64,000 bases of DNA from a bacterium (GCA_021836035.1 JAKBJL010000002.1:71484-135483), one strand, 5' to 3'; positions 46,730-56,833 are shown, counted from the stretch's first letter. The notes: a model not told the origin generated them from the sequence alone. A program made the numbers and translations.

Positions 46730-48443
46730 AAATTAATACCGCTAACCCTCCCAGGGAAATAAGAGACAGCGTATTCCCCGCAGTTCTTACCGGGGTATTT
46801 GTAAATTTCCCGGCAATCCCATGGTTCCCCGGGGGGACCATAACCGAGATCAGTTTATATTGATTGGCGTCGTTTATCGCTGCCGGCTTATTATCGATCC
46901 AAACTTTCCAACCGGGGAAATCAGCAAGATGGAACTGTAACTGCGCCCCGTAGGCAGAATTTCCGCTCAGCAAAAAACGATCCGGGGCGAATTGGGAGCT
47001 GCTTGGGGTAAAATCGCCGGATAAAATCCGGAATTTTTCGTTCCACGAAGGCGAAACAACCTCGTTTTCATTGATATCCACCAATACGGTTCCGAGGGGG
47101 CTAATTTTGGTAGCAATTCCAAAAGGCAGATACTCAAAAGAGCTGTTGCTGACGTGCCATTTAACCTGTTGGTCGGTTAGGAGACTGTTATCGGTGGCGG
47201 CGGTCAAATATTTTTGGGGTACAAAGAGTTTAGCGTTGTAAAAAAGTAGTCCGGCCAATACTACTATGGCAGTCAGTATCTTGAGATAAAACTTATTGAG
47301 CAGGAGAAACAGGGATCCGGCAAGCAAGGAGGCAAATAAGGCGGTAAACTCTAAAAAACGCCAGGGAAACTGCAGGTACCACAAGGGAGGAAGGTTATCC
47401 CAAATAAAGCCGGAATAAGCGGTGGTCATCCAGGCAGAAAAAATCAACAGCAAAAAGAGAGAAAACAGCAATCCGGCGGCTTTTTTCCGCTTTCTTAACC
47501 ACAACCAGATAGCGGCGGGTAAGGAAAGAAAAGCCAAAATTAAATGCAGCTTGCCGATTTTAAAAGACATCCCGTCCAGGCAGCCCGGCCCGGATCCCCC
47601 GTAACCCCAAAGGCTGTTCCAGAGTTGTTCAGGACAGACAAAATGAATCCGATAAGAAGCCAGGTTTTTAATCAGCAATTGGTCCACTAGGGTATCTTGT
47701 TTTTCGGTAAGCGCGGGCAGCCAAAAAAAAGCCGTCAGCGAGAAAGTAATAAAAGTTAAAAGCAAATAGCTAAAAGCAAATAGCTTGATGTTCCCTTTAC
47801 CGTAAATCAAATATATAAGTACATACCAGAGGGAAAATACACCAAAAAAGGGCAGGAATACTAAATTGTGGGTAATCATGAGAAGTGCAAAAAATATTCC
47901 CGTTAATACGGCCCATTGCCACTTCCCTTCTTTAATTAGCTTATAGGAAGTTAAAAGAATTAAGGGGAGCCAGACAAAGGAGAAGAGTTCCGCCAGGGCG
48001 CCGCGGACGTAGGCGTCCACGGCGTGGTAAGGCGCGTAAAGATAAAACAACGCGGCAACTCCTCCTCCTATCCGACCGAAAAGTTCTTTCGCCAGCAGGT
48101 ACATTGAGACCACCGATCCGGCGAGAGCCAGGAACCAGACAATTTTTGTGGAGTCCAAAAATCCCGTTCCCAAAAACAGGTGTACGGCCTCTCCCAAGTA
48201 GTAAACCAAAGGCGGGTAAAAATTAAAGAGGGGATAACCAAGCCCGAAGCCGAGATCCGGTACCCAACGAACCGGGAATTGGCCGGCAGAGAGCGATTTG
48301 TCCAGCTGCGCGAGACGCGCTACCTGTTGGTCATCATGCATGACAAAATAGCCCTGATGCACCAATGGCTGCCAGGCAAAATAACTTAATACCAAAACTG
48401 CCAATAAAATCCCCAGGCCGCGCTTGTTTAATAGGATATTCAC
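46704..48443 (-). CDS. Polytopic membrane protein, short YfhO-related family, paralog S2
   Basis: ...FVMHDDQQVARLAQLDKSLSAGQFPVRWVPDLGFGLGYPLFNFYPPLVYYLGE... and the C-terminal ...FPGWKVWIDNKPAA...TNTPVRTAGNTLSLISLGGLAVLIYG are shared with 21237..22919 and 48440..49984. Confidence 0.5.
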   Translation of the reverse strand: MNILLNKRGLGILLAVLVLSYFAWQPLVHQGYFVMHDDQQVARLAQLDKSLSAGQFPVRWVPDLGFGLGYPLFNFYPPLVYYLGEAVHLFLGTGFLDSTKIVWFLALAGSVVSMYLLAKELFGRIGGGVAALFYLYAPYHAVDAYVRGALAELFSFVWLPLILLTSYKLIKEGKWQWAVLTGIFFALLMITHNLVFLPFFGVFSLWYVLIYLIYGKGNIKLFAFSYLLLTFITFSLTAFFWLPALTEKQDTLVDQLLIKNLASYRIHFVCPEQLWNSLWGYGGSGPGCLDGMSFKIGKLHLILAFLSLPAAIWLWLRKRKKAAGLLFSLFLLLIFSAWMTTAYSGFIWDNLPPLWYLQFPWRFLEFTALFASLLAGSLFLLLNKFYLKILTAIVVLAGLLFYNAKLFVPQKYLTAATDNSLLTDQQVKWHVSNSSFEYLPFGIATKISPLGTVLVDINENEVVSPSWNEKFRILSGDFTPSSSQFAPDRFLLSGNSAYGAQLQFHLADFPGWKVWIDNKPAAINDANQYKLISVMVPPGNHGIAGKFTNTPVRTAGNTLSLISLGGLAVLIYGIRRNKK

Positions 48444-49984
48444 TGCTCGTCTTTAGCTAACTTCTTATTGTAGGCTTTCAGAAGAAAAAATAATAATCCC
48501 CCCAGGCTTAATAAACTTACTAAATCAGCCAATTGTCTTACGGGAGTTTCCCGGAAACGGGCGTTTATCTCATGTTCTCCCACCGGTATACTAATATCCA
48601 GAAACCCCTCGTTTTCATAACGGATATTTACCGGTGCTCCGTCGACTAAAACCTGCCAGCCGGGAAAATAAATCCTGTTAATCCGCAATTTTAAAGGGGT
48701 ATCAGCAATTACCTGTCGATCGGAAACAATAGTCCCCATGCCCGATAAGATCGTTAATTTACCCGGCGGCAAGGTTAAAAATTCATTCTTCACCCAGCGA
48801 CTCAGGTATTCATTCTTAACCGTGGTCGTATCGTCTTTTCCGGTATAGTAAGTTTCCGGATAAAAGATTTTATCGATTTTATAGCTTTGAAGCCCGTTGA
48901 TTATGATAATACCCATGACAAGCAACACTGCCGGCCATTTTCCCCATCGCTTTATTACCGCACCGGCAAGAACCGATCCCAGAAAAACCGTGACCGAAAG
49001 AAAGCGCCAGGGAAACTGGACCAGCCGGGGTAAAAATCCGTATCGCCAAACAGGAGTAAATAACGGCAGGGCGGGGACAAGCGATAATATTGTCAGCGCA
49101 ATTAAAATAAATAAAGATCGGTTATGGTTCTTAACGGCGATCAGCAATGCCGCAAGGACCGCGAATGGCAAAGCAGGACCCAATAAATAATTAAGATTAT
49201 CCGGGTAAAGAAAATAATTTTTAAACTCGGCAATCTGCACACTTGCGGCCCGGGTATATTGCAGATCATAAAATGCCGGCAGCCAGAAAAACGTTGTTAA
49301 ACCGACGCCAAGCGCCAGGGAAACAACCTCCAGGACAAATCCGGAAACATCCCGGTCTTTTTTAGTTAACGGCTGGAGGACAAAAAGAACGATCAGCGGA
49401 GTGAAAATAAAAGCCAGGACATTATGCGAAGTTATTAAGGCGGCGTAAAAAAAAGCGCCCAAAGCGATATCGACCCCGCGGTGTTTTTCCCTGACGCGAA
49501 AGAGGTAATAAATAATCAACGGGAGAAAAATAAAAGCCAGCGCTTCACCCAACGACCCGCGTTTATAAACGTCAAATACCCGGTAGGGAGCGTAGGTATA
49601 AAGAACGGCCGAAACCAACCCGGCTTTTACACCCCATTTGGAAGCAACCAGACGGTACATGGCAAAAGCAGAGAGCAGAAAGCTTAAGGCAAAAAGCAAC
49701 TTTATCGAATCCATAAAGGAAAAACCCGCCAGATGGATTAATTCACCGATATAAAAAGGCAACGGATAGAGAAAATCCAATACGGGATAGCCATACCCGT
49801 GGTTGATCGTTTCCAGAAAACGCACGGGAAACTGCCCGGTTTTGAGGGTTTCATGAAACGCAAAAAGACGGGTAATCATAAATCCACCGTCATCCGTCCG
49901 AAAAAAACCCGCGGTAAGAATCGGCTGGATAAGCGGAAGCGTAAACAGGAAAAGCAACAGTAAGGGCATCAACTTCTTGATCAT
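48440..49984 (-). CDS. Polytopic membrane protein, short YfhO-related family, paralog S3
   Basis: ...FFRTDDGGFMITRLFAFHETLKTGQFPVRFLETINHGYGYPVLDFLYPLPFYIGE... and the C-terminal ...YFPGWQVLVDGAPV...RFRETPVRQLADLVSLLSLGGLLFFLL. Confidence 0.5.
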   Translation of the reverse strand: MIKKLMPLLLLFLFTLPLIQPILTAGFFRTDDGGFMITRLFAFHETLKTGQFPVRFLETINHGYGYPVLDFLYPLPFYIGELIHLAGFSFMDSIKLLFALSFLLSAFAMYRLVASKWGVKAGLVSAVLYTYAPYRVFDVYKRGSLGEALAFIFLPLIIYYLFRVREKHRGVDIALGAFFYAALITSHNVLAFIFTPLIVLFVLQPLTKKDRDVSGFVLEVVSLALGVGLTTFFWLPAFYDLQYTRAASVQIAEFKNYFLYPDNLNYLLGPALPFAVLAALLIAVKNHNRSLFILIALTILSLVPALPLFTPVWRYGFLPRLVQFPWRFLSVTVFLGSVLAGAVIKRWGKWPAVLLVMGIIIINGLQSYKIDKIFYPETYYTGKDDTTTVKNEYLSRWVKNEFLTLPPGKLTILSGMGTIVSDRQVIADTPLKLRINRIYFPGWQVLVDGAPVNIRYENEGFLDISIPVGEHEINARFRETPVRQLADLVSLLSLGGLLFFLLKAYNKKLAKDEQ

Positions 49985-52353
49985 TTATTTAGCCGGCTCC
50001 TTTTTTGCCGGAATATTTCCCAAAGGATTCCTCCCACGATGACTAACAAACCCAGGGCAGTCAGCAACCCGCCGTAACGGAAACTTTGAGGGTCATAATT
50101 AAATTCGACGGTATGTTTTCCCGCCGGTACGGGTACAGCCCGGAAAGCATAATCCGCCCGATAAATTTTAGTTCCCCGGCCGTCAATCATCGCCTGCCAG
50201 CCGGGAAAATAAGTGTCGGAGAGAAATAGCAATTTGGGCTTGTCCGCCCTGGTTTCAATTACCACTTTATCGGGTTGGTATTTAATAATCTTCACCGAGG
50301 CTGCGCCTCCTTCTGAGGGGACCAGGCCTGGTTCTTCTTCCAGAATCAAAGTGGAACGCAGATTTGCACCCGGACGATAAATTGCTGCGAGAATTTTTCC
50401 CGGATCCTTCTCTACCAGGTAGTTGTCGGCCAGAAAAGCCCGCGGCAGGACAGTTTTGCGCTCGTAGGCTTTCCATTTAAAATTCTGCCAAAAAAGCGCA
50501 TATTTCTGCGGAGAAAATTTCGCCGTTTCCGGTTCCCAATTGGATTGGGGAAAATCATTCTTATCTAAAATATATTTCACTCCCAAAAGATCAAAAAGTC
50601 GGTTGCGGTAAGCATTATCCTGCGAGGGGAAAACGGCATCTGAACGCAAGACCGACCGGGGGAACTTTCCGTCAGCAGCGGAAGCTAACAATTCTCCGTA
50701 GCGCTTGATATAGAGCGAATCCCATCCCTCAGGGGAATAAACAGCGAAATAAGTCGTAAAATTATTATCGATGTAAGCCGTACCGAAGCCGTAAAAACGG
50801 TCTAAACCCGCTTTCTGCTGTAAAAAATTCGTGACCGGATGATGGGGAAAAACAAATTTCTCCGGCGCAAAGGGCTGGTATTTATTAAAAAAATAAGCAT
50901 ACTCTAACACGGCCAGGGTCGTCAAAACTCCGGCGGATAGCCAAATTATTTTCCGGCGGATTTTAACCGCTAGAAACGCTAAAGCCGTTATCACAAAAGT
51001 AGCGCTGGGCAGAAGCAAATTATTACGGGCGATGCGGAATTCCCAGGTGTGGTGCCCCAAAACTACGACCCACAACAGCAAATATGCCAAGCCGACTGCG
51101 GCTATCGGAAAAATAATATTTCTGTCCGTCTTTTGCTCTGTCCACCAACAATGGAAACCGTATGCCGCAAGGACCACCGCCGAGAATTGGAAAATAAAGA
51201 GGCTGCGCGCCGGTACCCCGGTGGCTAAAATAGGAATACGCAGAAGATGCGGCAGATAAACCAGCGGCGCCAAAGCGAAAAGTAAGCCGACAACTCCCAG
51301 GATAAAGAACAATTTCATCTCCTTGACCGCTAAACTCCGGACCGCCCCGATCAGGGTGAAAACAAAGGCGACAACTCCGAAATAAACCTGGAAATCACCG
51401 TACTGCTTGCCCCAAAAATTTCCGCTCGCCGGATTGCCGAAAAAATCCGGAGCCAGAATAGTAATTAAATTAGACCAGGGGAGGATAAAAGGGGCGAAAA
51501 GCTGCCGTGTTGCTTCCCCTTCCCGGGCGGAATGCAGATATATTTCCAGAGTCGGCAGCAACTGGATTGCCCCGATAAGAAAGCCGCATCCCAGACAAAA
51601 AGCAATTTCTCTAAGCGTCAGTTTCCGCAAGAACATATAAGGGACGGCTATTATCAATAAATAGATATAGGTTTGGGCATGCCCTCCGAAAATGGCAAAA
51701 GCGAATAAAAGCGGCAGGAAAAGCAAATAGATTAAGCGGCGTTTGTTACTGTATTGATTGACCACCCAGAGAATCAGCGGTAGAAAAAGCACGACCTGGC
51801 TGATGATCAGTTGCTCGTGCCATACCACCAGGTAGCCGATATTGGCCATGGCAATGCCCCCGAAAACCGCCGCGGGGCGGGAAAGTTTCAGGGAACGGAA
51901 AAAAAGATAAGTAAACACCGTCAGCAAAAAAGGAAGAGATATAACCAGAGCAATCCAGGCCTTAAGGGTAGGTAAGCATAAGAAAAGGACATTGCCCGGA
52001 AAGAAGATCGAAGATTGCAGGTCGGCAATTAAAGGATAGCCGGAAAAATTATAAGGATCCCAAAGCGGCCAGCGGAAATTTCTGATTTGTTCAAAAGCGA
52101 AAACCTTCCAGGGATACATCTGGCGGATCACATCCGCGGCAATTACCGCTTTATGGGTTGTCCAGGAATTGTACCCGGCGAACCCTCCGGAATTCCAGGG
52201 AAAGAAAAAGGAAACCAGCAAATCTCCGGGAAAAGGAAGCAAACCTTTAAAATAAAACTGCCAGAATACGGCCAGATGGGCAAAAAGAATTATCAGTCCG
52301 ACCAGAACTATCTGGTAGCGGCGAACCAGCTTTTTAATAACAGCCATAGCCAT
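49981..52353 (-). CDS. YfhO-family GT-C membrane glycosyltransferase, paralog Y2
   Basis: The protein is 790 aa. ...LLPFPGDLLVSFFFPWNSGGFAGYNSWTTHK...LWDPYNFSGYPLIADLQSSIFFPGN... and the C-terminal ...YFPGWQAMIDGRGTKIYRADYAFRAVPVPAGKHTVEFNYDPQSFRYGG... match the family. Confidence 0.65.
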   Translation of the reverse strand: MAMAVIKKLVRRYQIVLVGLIILFAHLAVFWQFYFKGLLPFPGDLLVSFFFPWNSGGFAGYNSWTTHKAVIAADVIRQMYPWKVFAFEQIRNFRWPLWDPYNFSGYPLIADLQSSIFFPGNVLFLCLPTLKAWIALVISLPFLLTVFTYLFFRSLKLSRPAAVFGGIAMANIGYLVVWHEQLIISQVVLFLPLILWVVNQYSNKRRLIYLLFLPLLFAFAIFGGHAQTYIYLLIIAVPYMFLRKLTLREIAFCLGCGFLIGAIQLLPTLEIYLHSAREGEATRQLFAPFILPWSNLITILAPDFFGNPASGNFWGKQYGDFQVYFGVVAFVFTLIGAVRSLAVKEMKLFFILGVVGLLFALAPLVYLPHLLRIPILATGVPARSLFIFQFSAVVLAAYGFHCWWTEQKTDRNIIFPIAAVGLAYLLLWVVVLGHHTWEFRIARNNLLLPSATFVITALAFLAVKIRRKIIWLSAGVLTTLAVLEYAYFFNKYQPFAPEKFVFPHHPVTNFLQQKAGLDRFYGFGTAYIDNNFTTYFAVYSPEGWDSLYIKRYGELLASAADGKFPRSVLRSDAVFPSQDNAYRNRLFDLLGVKYILDKNDFPQSNWEPETAKFSPQKYALFWQNFKWKAYERKTVLPRAFLADNYLVEKDPGKILAAIYRPGANLRSTLILEEEPGLVPSEGGAASVKIIKYQPDKVVIETRADKPKLLFLSDTYFPGWQAMIDGRGTKIYRADYAFRAVPVPAGKHTVEFNYDPQSFRYGGLLTALGLLVIVGGILWEIFRQKRSRLNK

Positions 52354-54653
52354 AAGAAAAAACCCAGGCCGGAAATAATTGCACCCGCTAAAAACGATAG
52401 CGGACGATAGGCAAATAAAACCATCTGCTCGCCCGCGGGAAGAGCAACCGCACGGAAAGTATAATCGGCCCGCAATACCGTCCAGGGAATGCCATTAACC
52501 TCGGCCTGCCACCCGGGATAAAAAGTATCGGATAAAAAAAGAAGTTTTGGTTTATCTGTCCTGGTTTTGATCATAACTTCTCCGGGTCCGTAAGAAATTA
52601 TTTCCGCAGAAGCAGCGCCGCCCGCTTCCGGTTTAATACCCGGCTCCCCCTCTAAAATTAGGCGGTTATGATAATCAAAAGCCGGGTCATACAATCTTTT
52701 AATTATCTCCCCTTTTCCCCTAATTATCTCATAATTGCCGGTTAAAAACGCCCGGGGCAGGGCGGTTTTTCTTTCGTAGGCTATCCATTTGTCCTGTTTC
52801 CAGGCGAGGGTATAAAGCTCCGCCGGGAATTTACCCCTGTCGGGTTGCCAATCGGGTTTGATATCTTCCTTTTTATCCAATAAGTATTTAACCCCAAGCA
52901 AATCCAGCAGCCTTTCTTTGCCGGGGCTCTCCGACGGGGGCAGCATGGCATCTGCGCGGGAAAAATCCTGCGTCGCTTCGCCCTTTTGGGACGCAGCCAG
53001 TAACTCTCCGTACCGGCGGATATACAACGGATCGTAGCCCTGGGGATCATAGATGCCGTAATAGGTTGCAAAATTAACATCTATTTGCGCCGTCCCCTGC
53101 CCGGCAAAACGGTTAAAACCTGCCGTCTTTTGCAGAAATTGCAAGACCGGATGCTCCGGATAGGCAAATGCCTGCGGCGCAAACGGCTCAATTTTATTAA
53201 AATAACGGGCATACTCCCAAATCGCCAAAGTAAAAATCGCCAGCGCCGCGAAATACCACAATCTCCGAATTGTCCCCGGTATAGCTAAAATAACCACCGT
53301 GAGGATAAATATTCCCGAAGGCAAGAGAAGATTACGGCGCGAAACGGCCAGCTGTTCGCCCCCTTTTATAAAAACAAAGAGCCAAAGTATCAGATAAGAG
53401 AGGAAAAGCAGCAAAAGAGGGCGGCTGATTTCTTTAAGGACCGCCCCTCTCTTTTTGAGCCACCAATTCAAACCGTAAGCCGCGAGAATACAAAAACCGA
53501 ATTGAAAAAGAAAAATCGTCCGGGCGGCGATACCCGTAGAAAAAATCGGGATCCGCAAGATTATGAAAAGATAGGCCAGCGGAGCAAGAGAAAAGGCTGC
53601 TCCCAAAAAGGAAAGCAGCAAAAAAAAGCGCACATTCCGGTCCGATCCGGATTTAACGATTGCCAGCAAAGCAAAGACTAAAGCGACAATTCCGACATAG
53701 GTCAGCGAATTATGATAATCCCAACCCCAGAAATTCCCCGTCACCGGATTGCCGAAAAAATCCGGTGCCAAGATAGTAATTAAATTACGCCAGGGGAAAA
53801 TATGTTCCGCAAATAATTTAGCGGTATTTGCTCCCTCCCGGGCCGAAAAGAAATATAGCTCCAGGGAGGGTCCCAGTTGTATAGCCGCCAGGATCAGAGA
53901 AAAAAAGACCGTAAAAAGCAGCCACTTTATAGGCACCCGGCGAAACAGAGCAAATAAAAATATAATGGCGTAAAAATACAAGGCCGTCTGGGCGTGGCCG
54001 CCGAAAACAGCTAAAGTCAAAACCGGGGCTAAAAGCAGGAGATAAAAATTCCACTGTTTTTCCCGATATTTGTTGACCAGCCATAGACCCAGCGGTAAAA
54101 ATAACAGCGTCTGGGTAATCACCAGCAGCTCATGCCAGTTAAGAAGATAGGTGATATTGGATACCGCCAATCCCCCGAAAGCCGCAGCGAGGGCTGATAA
54201 ACCCTGCGAGCGCAGAAAAATATAAGTGAAGATTCCGAGCAGAAAAAGCAAAGTCAATACCTGTAAAATCCAGGCGGACAGCGGCGGCATCAGAAAATAA
54301 AAAATATTTCCGGGGAAAAACACCGACGACTGGAGATTGGCTAATAAAGGCGTTCCGGAAAAGTTGTAAGGGTTCCAAAGAGGAAAATGTCCTGCCAGGA
54401 TCTGTTCCATCACCAAATTCTTCCAGGGGAATAATGCCCGGATGGCATCTGAAGCGATTAACTCCTTGTGGGTTGTCCAGGAGTTGTATCCGGCAAACCC
54501 CCCGGAATTCCAGGGAAAATAAAAGGAAACCAGCAAGTCTCCGGGGAAGGGAAGCAAACCCCGGAAATAAAACGGGCGGAAGGAGATAATATTTGCGGCA
54601 ACTAAAAAAAGAACCGGCCAGTGCTGCTTAATAAGATTTTTAAGAAAAGACAT
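52308..54653 (-). CDS. YfhO-family GT-C membrane glycosyltransferase, paralog Y3 (recent tandem duplicate of Y2)
   Basis: ...LLPFPGDLLVSFYFPWNSGGFAGYNSWTTHK... and the C-terminal ...FYPGWQAEVNGIPWTVLRADYTFRAVALPAGEQMVLFAYRPLSF.... It is about 70% identical in protein to Y2, with roughly 85-90% nucleotide identity over patches. The start is placed at MSFLKNL (54653) by alignment to Y2. Confidence 0.65.
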   Translation of the reverse strand: MSFLKNLIKQHWPVLFLVAANIISFRPFYFRGLLPFPGDLLVSFYFPWNSGGFAGYNSWTTHKELIASDAIRALFPWKNLVMEQILAGHFPLWNPYNFSGTPLLANLQSSVFFPGNIFYFLMPPLSAWILQVLTLLFLLGIFTYIFLRSQGLSALAAAFGGLAVSNITYLLNWHELLVITQTLLFLPLGLWLVNKYREKQWNFYLLLLAPVLTLAVFGGHAQTALYFYAIIFLFALFRRVPIKWLLFTVFFSLILAAIQLGPSLELYFFSAREGANTAKLFAEHIFPWRNLITILAPDFFGNPVTGNFWGWDYHNSLTYVGIVALVFALLAIVKSGSDRNVRFFLLLSFLGAAFSLAPLAYLFIILRIPIFSTGIAARTIFLFQFGFCILAAYGLNWWLKKRGAVLKEISRPLLLLFLSYLILWLFVFIKGGEQLAVSRRNLLLPSGIFILTVVILAIPGTIRRLWYFAALAIFTLAIWEYARYFNKIEPFAPQAFAYPEHPVLQFLQKTAGFNRFAGQGTAQIDVNFATYYGIYDPQGYDPLYIRRYGELLAASQKGEATQDFSRADAMLPPSESPGKERLLDLLGVKYLLDKKEDIKPDWQPDRGKFPAELYTLAWKQDKWIAYERKTALPRAFLTGNYEIIRGKGEIIKRLYDPAFDYHNRLILEGEPGIKPEAGGAASAEIISYGPGEVMIKTRTDKPKLLFLSDTFYPGWQAEVNGIPWTVLRADYTFRAVALPAGEQMVLFAYRPLSFLAGAIISGLGFFLWLWLLLKSWFAATR

Positions 54654-56833
54654 AAGGTTACCGCCAACCCTACAGTGCTTAGCCACAAGCCGTAACGAAA
54701 ACTGTCCGGTTCGTAGCTAAATACTACCTCATTTTGACCCGGGGGTACAGATACCGCCCGGAAAGCATAATCCGCCAGCAAAATTTTTGTGGCTTTGCCC
54801 CCGACCGTTGCCTTCCACCCCGGATAATAGGTGTCGGAGAGGAAAAGCAAACTCCGGCCGGGGGAGTCGGTCTTTATGGAAACTTTCCCGGGGGTATAGT
54901 TTGTAATTTCCGCGGTACCCGGGCCGATTACCCCGGATAACGGTTCGTTTAGTATCACTGTTTTGCTTAGGTCCGTTGCCCCGGCATAAAAAGTTCTGAT
55001 CGTTTCCTCTTTACGTCTGACCAGATAATTTTCCGCTAAAAAGACCCTGGGCAAAGCTTCCCGATTTTCATAAACGGCTGCTTCTCCCCAATGTTTTAAA
55101 AAATTAAACTGCTCCGGAGGATATTTCAGCAAATTCGGTTTGTCGGTTTCTTGCGGATTTTCGGCCCGGTCGAAGAAGTACTTAACTCCCAATAAATTTA
55201 ATAATTTACGGCGATAGGGGGTATCCGCTTCGGTTAAAAAAATATCCGCCCGGTTTACTTTCTCCGGAATTGTCCCCGTCTCCGCCGAAGCGATCAATTG
55301 GCCATACCAGCGCGGCGATAGACTATCGTAACCCTCCGGACTATAAATCCGGTAGAAAGTAGCAAAATTGGTAGCGAAGCGGGAGGAACCATATCCGAAA
55401 ACCCGGTTATATCCGCCGTAATTTTGCACAAAACCCAGCAGGGGATGACGGGGATAAAAATACTTGCTGTCTCCGAAGGGGCTGACCTTTAAAAGAAAGA
55501 TACCCCCGCTGACCAGCAGCAGAAGAAGCACGGCTCCGGAAAATAATTTCCGGGGAAGTAGCAGGCTGAAGATAAAGAGCAAAAGCCACGCCAGCTGTAA
55601 TAAAGTGTTGCGGACCGCCGTCGACGATTGCCGCCCGAAAAACAGAAGTCCTAACGCCGCTGCTAAAATTATCAGTGTGATGGGAAGAACGCGGCGGGGG
55701 TTTTTCGGCAAAACTTTATTTAATCCCCAGCCAGCCAGAACCGCGGCGGCAAATTGAAAAAGAAAAAGGCTGTTCCAGGGGCCGCCGCTGGAGAGAATCG
55801 GGATACGCAAAAACCTCGGCAAGTAAGCGATCGGATTCCGGAAAGAGAGTAATAAACCGGCTGCGGCTACGGCAGCCCAAAAGGCGATTTCCTTCTGCTT
55901 TCTCAGGGAGAACAACGCGTAAACGGCAAAAATCAGCGGGATAACCCCGAAATAAGCGTTTACCCCGCTGTAATCCTGTCCGCCTTCGTAATTATTGGTT
56001 GCCGGACTGCCCCAAAAGTCCGGAGAAATTATTTGCACCAGGTGCTTCCATTCGACAATTGAACCGTTATAGGCATCATTTGTAGCTTTCCCCTCCCGCA
56101 GCGAGTTTTGGTAAAGCTCGGCTGTCGGCAACAGCTGCACGGCACAAACCATTAGCGTTAATAAAACCGCCGCTGTTAACGGCAGCATTCTTTTTATGCC
56201 CGCCCGGAATAAAAAATAGCTGCCGGCGATGAGAAATCCGAAGACAGCATCCTGCGGATACCCTCCCAGAACGTTCAAAACCAATAGCGGCGAGAGAAAG
56301 GCGATGAATTTTAACCCGCCTATCTTGGTATCTGCGAACTTATCCACCACCAGAAGTTCCAGCGGCAGCCAAATTAAAGGGTGCAGATACACCCCCCAAA
56401 AATAGCGGGTGGCAAAAAAGGCGCAAAAGATCAAAGTCAATGCTCCGAAAAGGGCAGCCGTTTTTGACTGCAGTTTATTTTTAAGAAACCAGAACATAAA
56501 AATGCCCGCTAAAACCGGTTGGGAAAATATATAAATAGACCAGGCAGCTATTGCCGGCAGGAAAAGAAATCCCCAGCTTAGGGGATAAAAAACCGAAGAC
56601 TGGAAATTAGCCAAGAGCGGCTGACCGGAAAAGTTATAAGGGTTCCAAAGGGGCCATGTTCCCTGCCGCAAAAGGGAAAAAGCATATTCTTTCCAGATAA
56701 AAATCTGGCGCAGGGCGTCAACCGCCAGCAATTCTTTATGTGCCACAAAAGGGGTAAAGCCCGGCCAGGAGGGCGTATTCCAGGGGAAAAACCAGAAAGG
56801 CAAAAGATTGGTCTGTAAAGGCAACCAGTTCAT
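54602..56833 (-). CDS. YfhO-family GT-C membrane glycosyltransferase, paralog Y4 (lacks the N-terminal helix seen in Y2/Y3)
   Basis: The protein is 743 aa and begins directly at MNWLPLQTNLLPFWFFPWNTPSWPGF..., which corresponds to residue ~35 of Y2/Y3. The C-terminal ...YYPGWKATVGGKATKILLADYAFRAVSVPPGQNEVVFSYEPDSFRYG... matches the family. It overlaps the upstream gene by 4 nt. Confidence 0.6.
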   Translation of the reverse strand: MNWLPLQTNLLPFWFFPWNTPSWPGFTPFVAHKELLAVDALRQIFIWKEYAFSLLRQGTWPLWNPYNFSGQPLLANFQSSVFYPLSWGFLFLPAIAAWSIYIFSQPVLAGIFMFWFLKNKLQSKTAALFGALTLIFCAFFATRYFWGVYLHPLIWLPLELLVVDKFADTKIGGLKFIAFLSPLLVLNVLGGYPQDAVFGFLIAGSYFLFRAGIKRMLPLTAAVLLTLMVCAVQLLPTAELYQNSLREGKATNDAYNGSIVEWKHLVQIISPDFWGSPATNNYEGGQDYSGVNAYFGVIPLIFAVYALFSLRKQKEIAFWAAVAAAGLLLSFRNPIAYLPRFLRIPILSSGGPWNSLFLFQFAAAVLAGWGLNKVLPKNPRRVLPITLIILAAALGLLFFGRQSSTAVRNTLLQLAWLLLFIFSLLLPRKLFSGAVLLLLLVSGGIFLLKVSPFGDSKYFYPRHPLLGFVQNYGGYNRVFGYGSSRFATNFATFYRIYSPEGYDSLSPRWYGQLIASAETGTIPEKVNRADIFLTEADTPYRRKLLNLLGVKYFFDRAENPQETDKPNLLKYPPEQFNFLKHWGEAAVYENREALPRVFLAENYLVRRKEETIRTFYAGATDLSKTVILNEPLSGVIGPGTAEITNYTPGKVSIKTDSPGRSLLFLSDTYYPGWKATVGGKATKILLADYAFRAVSVPPGQNEVVFSYEPDSFRYGLWLSTVGLAVTLCLFLKILLSSTGRFFF

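Noticed and set aside
49981-56833. Repeated DNA segments among the YfhO and PMT_2 genes as a possible CRISPR, tandem-repeat array or mobile-element terminal repeat
   Set aside because: The repeats are long, divergent (about 85-90%) and in-frame coding similarity between paralogous genes. There are no short regular direct repeats with unique spacers, and no inverted terminal repeats or transposase/integrase genes anywhere in the window.
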